64,000 bases of DNA from Eledone cirrhosa (lineage: Eukaryota): the NCBI GenBank assembly GCA_964016885.1, contig OZ024742.1, positions 318,370,001 to 318,434,000 of the forward strand, read 5' to 3'. The notes under the pieces were generated by a model. That model was not told the DNA's origin. It worked only from the letters and a program-made list of their open reading frames with translations, and made no database searches. Positions 33,620 through 50,075 of the stretch are shown in pieces. Position 1 is the first letter of the stretch. Each line of letters opens with the position of its first letter. The position numbers and the translations under genes were made by a program.

Positions 33620-35825
33620 GTAAGTCTGTGTGTAGTTATTGAGTTGATTGAACGGGAGAAAGAAAAATAGATAGACGGAGGTAGGAGGTAAAATAACGGA
33701 GGGAAATGAAAGAATGAACAAAATAGATAAATGAATGGTTGGAAATTATATGAATGACCTTTTTCATTTTGTTAAAACTCAACCTAGATTTTATATTATT
33801 GACTTTCTACAAATATTACAAATCAATACCTGTTTTATATAATCCCAACAAACTGTTGATTCTAGTGTAATTTCTGTGCGTGTGTAATATATCTATGTAT
33901 ATATAAAATGTGTGTGTGTAATGATAAAATAATTGGTTTTAATTTATTTTCTATATAAAAGTGTTTAAAATATATTTCAATATAACTTTGATAATTTTCG
34001 GCAAGTACTGGCGCAGGCCAAGTCTAACTTAACAGCACAACTCGTAACACATGCACACATGTATGTATATATGATGGATGAAGTGGGCTCTGCCGGTGCG
34101 TCGATCCAGGGCCGGGAGAAACAATGGAAAGACTATGAATATCTGCTGCCACTCCTAAAAAAATAAACTTTCTGCCTTTCTTGAATTATGAGGGGTCCCG
34201 TACTATTTCCCGAAAGCTGTTGTTCTACTTTGAAAACTTTCTCTCGGAAGCACTTTGTGTAAGTAATATATACAAGGTGTTCCCCAAAAATGTATATACA
34301 CTTCAACAGCATTCTAATTAATATTGTATACATTTTTATGACACCCCGTATATATATATATATATTGAGAGGGAATATTCAAACACATTTTCCTCTTCCA
34401 ACAAATACTGGTTTCTGATTTAGGCACAAGGTCAACAATTTGGAGGGAGGGGAAAGTCGATTAAATCGACCCCAGTGCATTACTGTACTTTATTTTATCG
34501 ACCCTTTAAGGATGAAAGACAAAGCTAATTTCGTCGGAATTTGAACTCCCTCTTCCAACAAATAATGCAATACATAAAAGCTATAACCCACACATTTATC
34601 TAAATTATAATAATTCATACTAATAATGCACAAACACAATTAATAACCGTCTTTTATTTGACGTGTTTCTTTTTTCCCCCCTTATTTTGTGCCTGGTCCA
34701 TCTTAATCTTATTCGTCGGACTATTTTCATCATATGGGTCGAATCACGCAACTTTTGATCTGTTTTCTCCCCGATCATCTTTAATTGAAGTAATATTTGA
34801 GCTACTCAATGGATTGAAACCAAAGGTATTGTTTTACTTACTTACGTTGTAAGTAAAAATCCCACTTGTACCATTTGTTTTACATCATTCCTAGGACGAT
34901 GTGGACTAATGTTTACACTCACAATCATAAGGTCATGTGTTTGATTCCTAGACTCGGCGGTGCGTTGTGTTCTTGTGTATGATGCTTCATTTCAAGTTGT
35001 TTTTCATGGTAAAACTGAAACCACTATCATTAAAACAGCCGAGAAACATCGTATGAGGCCTGATAAGGGGTGGCCTGTATATTTCAATTATGAAACTAAG
35101 TACCTGTCTACGTGTACTTGTATCTATATAACCTACTATATATATCTGAAATGATTGCTCCAGTATGTCCACAATCCATTAGTTGAAACTGGTTGACAAA
35201 AAATATTATCATTCATCATCATCGTTAAATGATTATGATGAATGATGATTAAATGACGATGATGTGTAATCCGTGTGACATGTATGATACAAACAAATGA
35301 AGTATCTATCATCATCATCTATTTATTAGTATATTATGAATGTTATATACATAATCATCATTTTATATCCATTTTCTGTGACATTGGTTGGATGGGTCGA
35401 CACTGTCAGAGTCATCCTTTATTCGGAATTGTTGTCTTCCTAGATGGCATGGTATCTATAGTTGACAGGGCTTATGAGAGAATGGTCCAGCCAGTATTTT
35501 GTTCCGGAGCCCAAGAGATAAGAAGGTTCTACAGCAACCGTGCAACATACATTTTGAGAAAAATCTTTGCCTGCTTCGGGCCCGAGAGTGGTCTTGTACC
35601 ACCTTACAAAATTTCTTTTGGGGGCCCTGGTGGTTGGATAGCCTTTCCAACACCAACCAGTTTACAAAGTATACTGGGTGCATTTTTATTATGGCGCCTG
35701 CACTGGACAGTTTGTTACGTTCTCAACAAGACTAAAGAATTTTCCTTATTCTACATTGTCTTTATTGGAAACAACAAAACCGATTCAATACATATCTTTT
35801 GTGTGTGTATATATATATATATATA

Positions 35826-36708
35826 CGAGGTGTGTCAGAAATGTTCCAGGACTGATGTCACAAAAGATTTATCTCAAACCCAAACTTCACACTAAGAGTT
35901 TTCTCCTTCAAAGTAATCCCCCTGGAGTCTAATGCACTTTTCCATCCTTTTCTGCCACGCTTGCATGTACTGCTGGAAGGATTCTTCCGGGATCCTCTGC
36001 AGTTCCGTCGTCACGGCCTTTTTGATGTCGTCCACGTCTTCAAAACGGGTCCCCTCCGGGTCGTACTCGAAAATCCATGACTCATCACCGGTGATGACTG
36101 TCCCTAGCAAGTCTGTTTCGATTTCAAGACGCTCGAGGATGTCCTGGCACACTTGCATACGTCGACCCTTCTGGTCATCGTTCAGCAGTTTTGGCACCAT
36201 CTTCGCGCAGACTTTCCGCATGTCCAAATCTTCAGTGAGAATCTTCCAGACGCTGTCCCGATTCATGCCCAGCTCATTTGCCATCAGTCGAACAGTCAGC
36301 CGACGATCGCTACGCACCATCTGCCTGACGCGCTCAACGTTGACTTCAGTCCTGGTTGTTGAGGGTCTTCCGCTCCTGGGGTCATCTTGCACCACTCAAA
36401 AACACGTGAGCGTGACATCGTCTCATCTCCATACACTTGCTGCAGCAATCCCTGTGCTTCTGACGGGAGTTTTCCCCAACCGTACCAGAAACTTCAAGTT
36501 TGTTCGTTGCTCTGCTCATTGCTTGACGACCTGAAACAGAGACCTGTATATAAAATTATGAAGAAAAAAGTTTGATCGCTGCAGAGAGCTAAGATTACAG
36601 TTACATACTCCAGGGGGATTACTTTGAAGGAGAAAACTCTTAGTGTGAAGTTTGGGTTTGAAATAAATCTTTTGTGACATCAGTCCTGGAACTTTTCTGA
36701 CACACCTC

Positions 36709-36709
<1 letters not shown>
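35826..36709 (-). mobile_element. Internally deleted mariner transposon
   Basis: TIRs of about 100 bp (cgaggtgtgtcagaaa..) inserted in (TA)n. The ORF has DDPRSGRP, KMVPKLL and TGDESWIFEYDPE fused directly to GTRFED...CIRLQGDYFE. Confidence 0.92.
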
Positions 36710-36752
<43 letters not shown>

Positions 36753-37124
36753 ATACTTGGGGAGGGTCATATTATTGTAATATTACCAGAAATAATTGTT
36801 TCTACTTTAGGCACAAGGCCAGCAATTATCCAGTGCATTACTGGTACTTAATTTTATCGATCCCGTAAGGATGAAAGGCAAAGTCAACCTCGGCGGGATT
36901 TGAACTCAGATCGTAAAGGGACGTAACTATGCTAGAAAGCATGGCGTCCGACCCTCTACCGATACTGCCAATCCACCAGAAATAATAACAGTACACACTC
37001 ACTGTTTGGTTGGTTTTCGCTTCTGTATCTTTTATATCTCCATAGTTAATTTATTTGGCAATGTTTATCATTGATTGACCAGCGGTTAAAAATACAGATA
37101 TAAATGTATATATATATATAGTCG

Positions 37125-37166
37125 ATCAAAGTTCTTTCGTTGCACATCTGCAACATTATCAGTGGT
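37125..37166 (-). ncRNA. Decayed hammerhead related to 25793-25835
   Basis: ACCA-CUGAUaA-U-GUUGCA(gaug)UGCAAC-GAAA-GAAC-UU-UGAU, lying between (TA)n runs. G8 is substituted. Confidence 0.6.
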
Positions 37167-37213
37167 ACTATTATTATCCCTCCTATTGTATTGTAATGTC
37201 TACGCCATTTTTA

Positions 37214-37263
<50 letters not shown>

Positions 37264-37266
<3 letters not shown>

Positions 37267-37515
37267 TCATCATCGTTTAACGTCCATCTTCCATGCTTGC
37301 ATGGGTTTGGATGGGAATTTTCCCACTTGAGGCAAGATTGGTTGTCTTGCTCGTATAGGACTGTCTGGCGGGTTTTCTACGGCTGGATGCCCTTCCTAAC
37401 ACCAACCACGTTTACAGTGTGGACTGGGAGGTTTTTACCGTGTTACCTACATGGCCACATTACAGCGTGGACTGTGTGTTTTTTGTCGTGACACCTACAC
37501 GACCTCATTTGTTTT
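37264..37515 (-). mobile_element. 3' UTR fragment of the RTE family seen at 45423 and 55854
   Basis: ggctggatgcccttcctaacaccaacc core and (GAT)n tail; closely similar to 55854-56110. Confidence 0.75.
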
Positions 37516-38079
37516 GGAATATATATATATATATATATATAAAATTAAAAAAACGAAGTTAGACTCGCGTTAATATATATCTATATATATATATATATAT
37601 ATAAGTTTATCCCGGGTTCAATCGGTGTTAACCACAGTAAGTAAGGTACTCAATACATAGCAGAGTATAAATATTTAATATATATTATCTATAAACGCTT
37701 GCTGAAGAAATGCAACCGGTGCCAAATTACATAATGTCGGTAGATATTACCTAATTGCTGTAAATGGTGATTCCAATTGACAGACTGGAACACAGAAACT
37801 GCTTATCAGTCCAGGTATATATGATATACACATATCATTACCCACACGTCTTTTATTTTACTAATTAACGTTTGTGTACACTCTGAGTAATGGGTTTGTA
37901 TTTCTATCATGCAAACCTTATATCATTGTGTGAATAAGTGACGGCTGGAGCTGTACTGATTCTCTTCAACTAGCCTCGTAAATTGATATATATGACTGGT
38001 GAAGCAGAGTATAATTATTAATTGCTTCAAGGGAAAAGGTGAGGCTTTAGAAAAGAGCAACTATGGAAGGATAAAACTT

Positions 38080-38995
38080 ATGATTTGGTCCTCACAGCTG
38101 AATCTGTGGAAGAACTACAGAATAAATTCCAGCTGTGGAAACAGAACTTAATCAAAGGGTTTAGAGTAAATTTAATAAAAACCAAAATGGGAATAAGTAG
38201 GGAAGAAGATAGGGCACCAATCTCATCAGTGAAGTGGTCTTGCTTCGTATGTAGAGAAGTGTACACAATGCAAATCTTAGATACGCATGAGGTGTAGTGA
38301 GATAACATGTAAACTAACAGGAAAGGACAAGTCTGTATGTAGATGTAGTTGATAGTAAGAGCACCAATAATAAAATACTAAATATAAACCTTTTCCAATC
38401 CTAGGAAGGATCCATAGAAGTGGTTGAGAGTTTCTGCTACCTAGGTGATATAATTAGCAGTAGGTGAGGGTGCTTGGAGAGCATAGTAGTTAGAATAATG
38501 ACAGGATGGAAGAAATTAGGCAACTTCTACCTCTGCTAACAACAAAAGACTTCGCCCAATGAATGAAAGATCGGCTGTATGACACTTGAGTGCGAAGTGC
38601 CATGCTGCATGGTAGTCAGACATGGGCAGTAAACGCAGAGGACATGCGGAGGCTGGAGAGAAATGAGGTGAACAAGCTTTGATGGATGTGCAATGTTATG
38701 TGTGAATGATGGATGAATTGAGGGAGAAACTGGGTATAAGAGAAATCAGAGGTAGTGTGCAGGCGAGGAGACTGTGTTGGAATGGACATGTGATGTGCAT
38801 AGATGATAATCACTGGGTGAAAAAGTGCCAATAGAGGGAGGCTGCTGTAGAGGAAGACCAAGCAAGACCTGGATGGAAGTGGTAAGAGCTGACCTCAGTT
38901 TGCTAAAGCTCACAAAGGAACACAACAAGTATGGTGTCCTGAGAAAGACCTGTCCAGCCTATGCAAGTGTGGAGCAATGGACATAAAATGATTAT
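38080..38995 (+). mobile_element. Degraded RTE LINE 3' portion
   Basis: DLVLTAESVEELQNKF...KWSCFVCR, then FCYLGD and MLHGS.TW remnants with stops. Confidence 0.8.
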
Positions 38996-40602
38996 ATATA
39001 TATGAGAAATGATTATATATATGAGAAAATAGAGAGAGAGAGAGAGCAATGATAGAAGAATCATGGTGAGTGATTGAAGAGTGCAAGAGTATAAATGAGA
39101 AGAGAGTGCTTGAAGTGGGAGGGTTGCAGAACTGGTTGTAATGAGAGAGAGACTGTGCTAAGGGGAGTAATGAACTCAGAAAGTTATGCTAGCTACATGT
39201 CTATTGATGTGTGTTTGTGTGAGTAAATGATGGATTGTAATAGAGATGGATGTCCATAAGAAGTGTCCTTGAAGAAGGTAGGCTGTGTCAGATTTAAACA
39301 AATTTGATCACTCATTCATATCCTGTGTGATGGCAGTGGACACAAAATAACCAAATGGTTACAAAGTTTACTTTGCAATCATTAGGTTACAGGTTTAATC
39401 CCACCACATGGCATCTTGGACTAGTAATATCGAATCTATGAGATTTTGATGTTATTTATTTTGAGAACAATACCTTAACATCAGTATGAACAGCTGGTCA
39501 TGGCCGGTTTGAACAGAAAGAGGTGAAAGAATTGTGTCCGGATATGGCCAGTTTAAATACTAAAGGGTTAACACAGCCTCTGGTCAACCTATGCTTTTGG
39601 AAGCTTGTCAGATACACAAGAAATTACAATACACAGCACACACACCCCACCCCACCCCCCACACACAGCACACAATTTTACATATCAAAGTTAGCTTGGC
39701 GCAAGTAATTGGAATTGAAAAGTTATACATACAGGTATTAAATTCAAAAATTCTAACCATACTAAAACTAAAAAACCCAGCTGAGGACACAAATAAATTT
39801 CTCTGGCCGTCGTTGGTGGGACACCCACTGCAGGGGATCCAGGGTAATTGCTCTTCATTAAATCCAGCCCTACTCATGTAAGTGGCATGGCTCTGAATAG
39901 GTTAATGGTTAATATCTCTTGTTAGTGACATGGCTCTGTGAATAGGTGAATAGTGGTAGAGAAATGAGAGGAATGAATGAAGTGGGAAAAGTAGATGGAG
40001 ACTGAAGACTCATGCAAGTGTAAATATATTATATCTCCCAGCTTCTATCATTGCCACTTTTAACATTCAACTTTGCTAAGTTAACTATAAGATATTTTGC
40101 TTCATTGTCTGGAATATGTTTTTTAAATCTTTAGATTTTGCTAAATAATCAGCATACAGGAGTTCCCATGAACAACTGGTCCTATATTCCTCTGCTATAA
40201 ATTGGAGGACAATAAATATGAAGGGGATGAGAATTGAGTTATGATAGACCCCCACCAACACACTAAATCCTTGCTGATCTCTTTTCTGACTCCCACCTTA
40301 CTGATTGTCCCTCTATACATAATTTGTACAGCCCTCATAGACCATTTATCAACCCTAGCTTCCTTAGCGACTGCCTCAGAGAGTGTGAAACCCTGTTAAA
40401 AGCCTTCACCAGATTAAATGAATACTAACTAGTAGTTGTCTCACTAGGAAGATGGCATTGGTAATACCTTTCTTCAGCAAAACGCTGAACTGTATCTTAT
40501 CGAAGCTAATTCTGTCCCTAATCAATTGTACTATAATTCTTACACTATCTTTCATAATGTGGTCCAACAATTTGTTGCATCTGTAATTTTTACTCTCTTG
40601 TG

Positions 40603-40769
40603 CAGGGTTTCCCAAACTTTTTCAAATGTGGAGCCCTTTTTGGTTCAGAAACTTTTAGGGGAACCCCAGAGTCTAATACTGTTATATGGTTGTAATATAA
40701 ATATACTCCTCTACCTTTTTTCATAGAACCTCAGACACTCCTTTGTGGAACCCACTTTGGGAACCACTG
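40603..40769. mobile_element. hAT MITE
   Basis: cagggtttcccaaac / tttgggaaccactg ends. Confidence 0.65.
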
Positions 40770-40796
40770 CTCTAATGCATCTCCTCTACCCAGGTA

Positions 40797-41140
40797 TCAT
40801 CACCATCATCATTTTACGTTCGCTTTTCCCTGCTTGCAAGGGTGGAACGGGTCCTATTCAGCACAGCATCTCTCCACTTGTCACGGTCCTTTGTCATCTC
40901 CTCTGTGAGCTTCAGCGATCTGAGGTCTGCTCTCACCACCACCGCCCATGTTTTTCATGGTCTTCCTCTACTACGTCTTCCTTCAACTGGCATTTCTTGG
41001 CACCACTTCACCCATCGGTCATCCTCCATACGCATCACATGTCCATACCATCGCAGTCTCCTCTCTCGCACACTACAATTTATCCCTCTCAGACACAGTT
41101 TCTCTCTCAACACATCCATGCTCAATCGTTCATGCACATT
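40797..41140 (-). mobile_element. RTE LINE 3' end
   Basis: VRERRLRWYGHVMRMEDDRWVK..GRRSRGRP, with a (GAT)n tail. Confidence 0.85.
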
Positions 41141-42788
41141 GACTATGACACATGGCTAACTATGCTACATGGTTAACCATGCTACATGGTTAACCATGCA
41201 TGTGACTAGCATGTGTCATACTCCATCAGATGTTTTAATCATCTCAGCAATTAACCCTAATAAACCAGCTGCCTTCATGTCCTTAATTATGCTTAGTACC
41301 ATACTATTGCCACCTCAGATAGTTAGTCCCTCTATTGGGTCTTCTTATTCAATAACTTCTCATATTAGCACTTTCCATACCTCTTTATTTTTGTAAGTAC
41401 ACCTGATATCTAGCTTCTCTTCTAGCTACCTTCTCCCACTTCTTTAATTCTTTCTAAGCTGGACCACTTCATTCTTCTGTCCCTCATGTCACAGAGGATT
41501 GACAAACCTACCTCTTACTTTACACTCCTCTCTTTGCTAAATATACCTGACATTTAGCTTCTCTTCTAGCTACCTTCTACATCATCAATTCTTTCTAAAC
41601 CTAATCTCTTAGCTTTTGTGGCTCTTTCTACCACGTCACATTCTGTCTTTCTGGAATGTAACATGAAGATGCTTAACATTTCCATTAAATTCACCAGCCA
41701 TAATAACTAGGTTGCTGTCATTTATTATTGAGGTAGTCTGCAAGAGGGCCGCAAAGAAATGGCGCTTTTGCTGAGCTATCGGTACAGACTGTGGTGCATA
41801 TGTAAATATCACTGTTGTAGTAGTTGTTTTGACTATGATTATTTTGTTACATATGCTAATTTAATTACTTTATCTATTTCTTTGCCAACTATATGCCTAC
41901 TCCACCTACTTCAGTGCTGTTACCGACCCAGAATTGCTACCTATGTCCTATGATAAGTCTGACTGAGTCTCCTCTCCATTATATACCTTGTACACAGCTC
42001 ACATGCATTTGCCTCCACTTCAAGAACTCTACAATCTCTCCTGACCTTTCTTTCATCAAACCAACATTGATAGTGGCAGACCTGAAGTTTTGTACCTGAC
42101 AGGAAGATGGGAGGCTGCTCTGGTAGATGGGTTGTTTGATGTCTGCAATCATTTGATGATGCTTAAAAAGTTCTCACCCAACCTTCTCACTACGATATGC
42201 AACACTAACCTGATAAGTTTAGTCCTCTATACACAATTAGGTTTTCAATTATATTTGTGACTCAAGATTTTGCCATGATTATATTGGCTGGATACCCTTT
42301 CTATTACTAACTCCTTTATAGCATTGACTAGGTGCATTTTATCATGCCCTCTGTCTTTCAGGACAGATATGTCCCTTCTGTACTGTGTCAGCTTTTATTC
42401 AGTTACTGTTCTCTTGGATGGGTTGACTTATTCAGAACCCTACACTGGATAAATAATGATGACAGGCAACCATATTTGAAATATTAATCTCTTTATATTA
42501 CTTAACAGCCCAACATAATACACCTCTGCAGTTTATATTTCCAATATAATTCTTCCAGAAGCCAAACCATCCATTAATCTATAAATAGTGGTTACTCTCC
42601 TTATTTGTCAACTTATAACAGAGTGACATTTAAACCACATGCTTTCTTTTGAATTGTTTATCGTTTATGCTTATCTGCATCTCCTGTGGGGGAGGGAAAT
42701 TTGAGAGAAGGAACAGAAATAGGTTAATGTTTATTCATAACAAATATGAAGATTCCTATCTATTTGCGTTACTGTTTATTTTTTATCA

Positions 42789-45222
<2,434 letters not shown>

Positions 45223-45422
45223 TCATCATTTCATCTTACGTCCGTTTTTTCCCTGCTTGCAAGGGTGGATATGTATGTATGTATATATGATAAGATGAGA
45301 TATTTTTACACATATGCTGTAGCATGGTATGTACATACACATAAAGAAATGTGGTTTGACTAGACTGATATACAATACCTGCCACTAATAAATTAACAGT
45401 GTGTATATATATATATATATAT

Positions 45423-46781
45423 CAGGGCTCTGTTCTTAGCCCTCTCCTGTTCATCATAGTCCTGCAGGCAATAACGGAGGAGTTTAAGACCGGATGCCCA
45501 TGGGAACTCCTGTATGCTGATGACCTCGCACTCATAGCTGAATCTATGGTAGAACTAGAGAAGAAATTCCAAACCTGGAAGCAGGGACTAGAAAGAAAGG
45601 GTCTCAAAGTCAACATGACAAAGACTAAGGTCCTTGTAAGTAGACGAGAAAACAGAACCCAGATCCCCTCAGGGAAATGGCCTTGCTCAGTATGTAGGAA
45701 AGGTGTAGGTAGGAACTCCATTCTCTGCCCCAAATGCAAACAATGGGTACACAAGAGATGTAGCGGGATCTCAGGAAGCTTAATTAAGGATGTAGGATTC
45801 ACATGCAGCAGCTGTGCTGAAACAGCAAGCAGCAAACAGCCACAGGAAACAAGTACCACCAATCTCTGGGAGGGCCCTGTAGAAACAGTAGACAGCTTCT
45901 GCTACCTAGGTGACCGAATTAGCAATGGAGGTGGGTGTTCAGAAAGTACAATAACTAGGGTAAGAACGGGATGGAAGAAGTTTAGGGAACTACTACCACT
46001 GCTAGCTGCAAAAGGCTTCTCCCTCAGAATGAAAGGCAGACTGTATGATGCGTGTATCCGAACAGCGATGTTGCATGGTAGTGAGACCTGGGCGCTGAAG
46101 GTGGAAGACTTACGTAGATTAGAGAGAAACGAAGCCTGCATGCTCTGATGGATGTGTAACAGTAATATACGTGAACGACAAAGCATAAATGAATTGAGAG
46201 AGAGACTGAGCATAAGAGGAATCAAATGCTGTGTGCAGGAGAGGCGGTTGCGCTGGTATGGACATGTGATGCGTATGAAGGATGACAGCTGCATAAAAAG
46301 GTGCAGAGCACTAGAAGTTGATGGAAACCGCGGAGTGGGGAGACCCAAGATGACCTGGGATGAGGTGATAAAAGTCGACCTTACCCAATTACACCTCTCA
46401 AAGACAATGACACACGACCGTGACTTCTGGCGTCACGCAGTAATACAGAGTACCCGACCTCCCATGGGTACAAGCTGAAGCATATAAACAATATGCCCCC
46501 ACACCCCCCACCGCAAGGTGGTCGTGGAGGTGCCACGGCAAAAAAAGCACCCAGCCCACACTGTAAAGTGGACGTGTAGGCGCCACGAAAAAGCACCCAG
46601 CACTCACTGTAAATGAGGTTGGTGTTAGGAAGGGCATCCAGCTGTAGAAATCAAGCCAGATCAGTTCCTGTATGAGCAAGGCATGGTCAGCCGACCAGAC
46701 ACTGCCCACAACAGGACAACCCGTCTAACCCATGCTAGCGTGGAAGAACGGACGTAAAACGGTGATGATGATGATGATGAT
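45423..46781 (+). mobile_element. 5'-truncated RTE LINE (RT C-half with embedded Cys-rich finger)
   Basis: QGSVLSPLLF, LYADDL, GKWPCSVCRKGVG..CPKC..HKRC, FCYLGD and RRLRWYGH. One in-frame stop at 46146-46148; (GAT)n tail. Confidence 0.93.
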
Positions 46782-47193
46782 ATATATATATATATATGGA
46801 ATAGATAGACCTCAGCTAGTTTTGATAGTCTTGGTTACCTCCATTTTGTATATATACAGATATAAAGATATCATATACTTTGGCTGCTTAGTGCACAACT
46901 AAATAAATATCTTAATTAACTACCAACATGACTGCTAATAATATGCAAATTAGTACATACATTTTAGGATATTACTGTAATTGATAGGGTGTATAAGCGC
47001 TTAGATTATATGTGTGCATTCTGATGAGGTATTCAAGTAGGTTTGTAAATCGATTCAAGATATCTCCCTGTAAAGTGAAAAAAATGAGAACTTTGTATAT
47101 TTGGCATGTTTACATGACTATATACTAAAATTATATGTATACATTTATACAGTCTCAGTTACCTCTATTCTGTATATGTACAGATATAACTTT

Positions 47194-47240
<47 letters not shown>

Positions 47241-48529
47241 CGTAATCCACCTGGTTGTGGTGGGGCTGATAACATTGTTAGATCTCAATGTGTCCTTGGA
47301 AGGATGGGTGCAGCGAGTTAACCCTCTGAAACAATTGTAAAACAATGAACTATCTACCTACACCTGACTTGTGTTTTGTTATTGTTCTTTGCACAAACAC
47401 ATATATGTACACATATATATATATAGATAGATAGATATAATGCTTACCAAAAAAGGGTTGGGAGGACCCTTCAGTTGTCAAGGACAGTGTTGGTGATCTA
47501 CATGATAAACACATCCAGCACACAATGTAAAGTGGTTTGTGTTAGGAAGGACATCCAGCCATTAAAAGCTTGCCTAACAAAGGATTGGGAGGACCCTTCA
47601 GTTGTGTCAAAGATATGACAACTCCTGTGCACTCAGTAGAATGTGAGACCGTATGTAAGCAAGATGCAGATCCCTAATCTATCTGAGAGGTCAGTAACCC
47701 TGCTTCAGTACTGACTTGGTCTATGTAGACCTATCCAACTCTTGCAAGCAAGGAAACCGGATGTTGAAACGATGATTACATTGAAATTTCTAAATAACAT
47801 TGTTTAATCTTTAGCACGCTGAAGATTGATTACATTGAAGGGAGTTTACATTGGCGACATAATGCACCTAGAGCGCCCAGATGGTTAACTGAAATACATT
47901 TAGTGGTTTGAATGTTTCTAGTTTTGTATTCAGATGTTTCTTAGTCTGATGTTTTTATAATACATTCTTACTGTTTAGTTTGTGTGGTTAGGTGTAGAAC
48001 ATATCGAGTTTTGTTTTCAGAGTGTTTTTTTCTTTTATGATGTATTTCTCCATTCTGTAACTAGGTGTGGTGTGTGTGTTTTACTGGGCGTTGTATCAGT
48101 TATATCAGATTGGAGAGGAATGTTTTTATATTATTTTACAGTTTTGTCTTTGTCTACAAACATGTCCAAATATCCATTCTTGATTAACATCAAATTAGTG
48201 TTAGATACCTGTGTGTATCAAGTTTAGAATAGCTACACCAAATCTTTGTGCATTGTAAGAGGTGACTAAAAGTCCATCTGGTTGTAAATCATAGTCATGA
48301 AAAGTACTCTTATCACAGGTATGAAGTTTGTCATGGGACCCACAAGGCGAATCCCTGTTTTATCTGGGAAGATGGCCTTAGAATGCTTGTTGTGTTGTAC
48401 CAAACTAGAATTATCATTTTATGTCCTTTTTTGTTCAGGCTTTGTATGGGTTGTATAGAGCTTATCCTGATTTGATGGGTGTTAAGTGATGAAGAGTACA
48501 TATCTACTGGTAGAAAAAAACCAGGCCAA

Positions 48530-49345
48530 TTCTCATCAATTTTATCCTTTAGTGATCTGCCATCCTTAGTCAATATGCATTTTAGATAGCTGAAGGTGTC
48601 CACTTCAAGTTTTTCTCCATTCAGTTAGTTGCTGTATTTTGATTATAACTATTAATCATAATCTTGCTCTTTTCTGATCTCATCTCCATTCCATATGCTC
48701 CTGATACTTTATCTAGTCTAGTGGTGAGCTGCTGGAGTTCTGCTTCACAGCTTTCTAACAGGTCAATATCATCAGCAAAGGGCAAATTGGCCATACTTCA
48801 ATGGAAACTGAGGTGTGGAAGTCTTGGAGTGTCTTTTGTGTGATGTTCTCCAGGAAGATGTTGAAAAAGCATGAGAGAGGCAAGACAGCCTTGTCAAACT
48901 CCAACTGTGTTGTCTTGAAGAAGCCTCTGATTTTGTTATTCAAGAGAACTGAGCTGTTTGAGTTTTTGTACAGTGCTTGAATTACTTGAATGAGGTTGCT
49001 GTCGAAGGTGTAATCCTTCCTCACCTGCCACAAACCCTCATGCTAAGCATAGTCAAAGGTTTTTTTAGAAGTCAACAAAAGTTATTGGTTTTGCAAATGT
49101 TTTACAGTTAGCAGTCTGATGTTAAATATTTGCTCCACTATACTCCTTTTGGGCCTAAATCTTGCCTGTTCTTCTTCAAAGATTTCTTGAACCTTTGTTT
49201 TAAGTCTGTTTAGAAGACTGTAATACTGGCAAAGTAGATTCTTAAGTCGTCTTTCGGTGATTGGGTCCATTCCTTTGGCCACTGTTGTTTCCTATATCTT
49301 CTGATAAGAAACTGTCAGTGTCTTGATAGGTTTTGACACTCCATG
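48530..49345 (-). mobile_element. Degraded LINE RT fragment (RTE-like)
   Basis: EEQARFRPKRSIVEQIFNIR, LIQVIQALY, FNIFLENI, an FADD remnant and TFSYL. Confidence 0.8.
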
Positions 49346-49664
49346 GTTCAGGATAGTTATGGCCTGTTGTGAGTTCAAATCCTGTCAAGGTTAGCTTTGT
49401 CTTCCATCCTTACGGGGTCGATAAAATAAAGCAGGAGTAATGCACTTGGGTCGGTTTAATCGATTTTCCCCTCCCCCCAAAATCGCTGGCCTTGTACCTA
49501 TAGTAAAAATCATATGTCTGTTTATTTTAGCGAAACTCAGAAATAAACAGTCACTACACACACTATATGATTCCTTTATTCAGTGCATGTTTTGTGTTTT
49601 TGTGTTTATTACACAAACCTATAAAACAAACATTTATATACATATATATATAACCATGGGATCA

Positions 49665-49694
<30 letters not shown>

Positions 49695-49696
<2 letters not shown>

Positions 49697-50075
49697 GGTG
49701 GCTGCCAACTCGTTTTCGAGTACGGCCACTACTTTATATCAATGTAAGAGAACCCCTACCGATGCGCTGAACGAGTCAAAGCCAGTCTCACTCTCTTAAC
49801 CAAGATGATATTTACCAAAAAGAAGAACAAGTCAACATCATTGGATACCATCAGGGTTGCAGGTGTTATATCAGTTTTCCTTCTCCTAGAATTCTGCCTT
49901 GACAAAGGCTAAGGGGTCATCTCTCCCGGTGATTTTGGATGGCTATTGACTCTTAAGAGCTCCTTTGCCCTTGGACAGGTTTTGGTTTTAGTCCTGCAGG
50001 ATGTCCAAAGTCACCCTCCTCACCAAGAAACGTTGGTGGGGTTGCCAGTTTAGTCGCCAACGACCCGACCATGAG
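49695..50075 (-). mobile_element. RTE-like LINE 5' UTR fragment
   Basis: Minus strand has ggcgactaaactggcaacccc and ctaggagaaggaaaactga, motifs typical of RTE 5' ends. Confidence 0.5.

Noticed and set aside
39781-39877. Possible exon ending in gtaagt
   Set aside because: There is no polypyrimidine tract at the acceptor and no recognisable protein motif.
41727-41750. tgaggtagt let-7-like seed
   Set aside because: The match ends after 9 nt and no precursor hairpin is evident.
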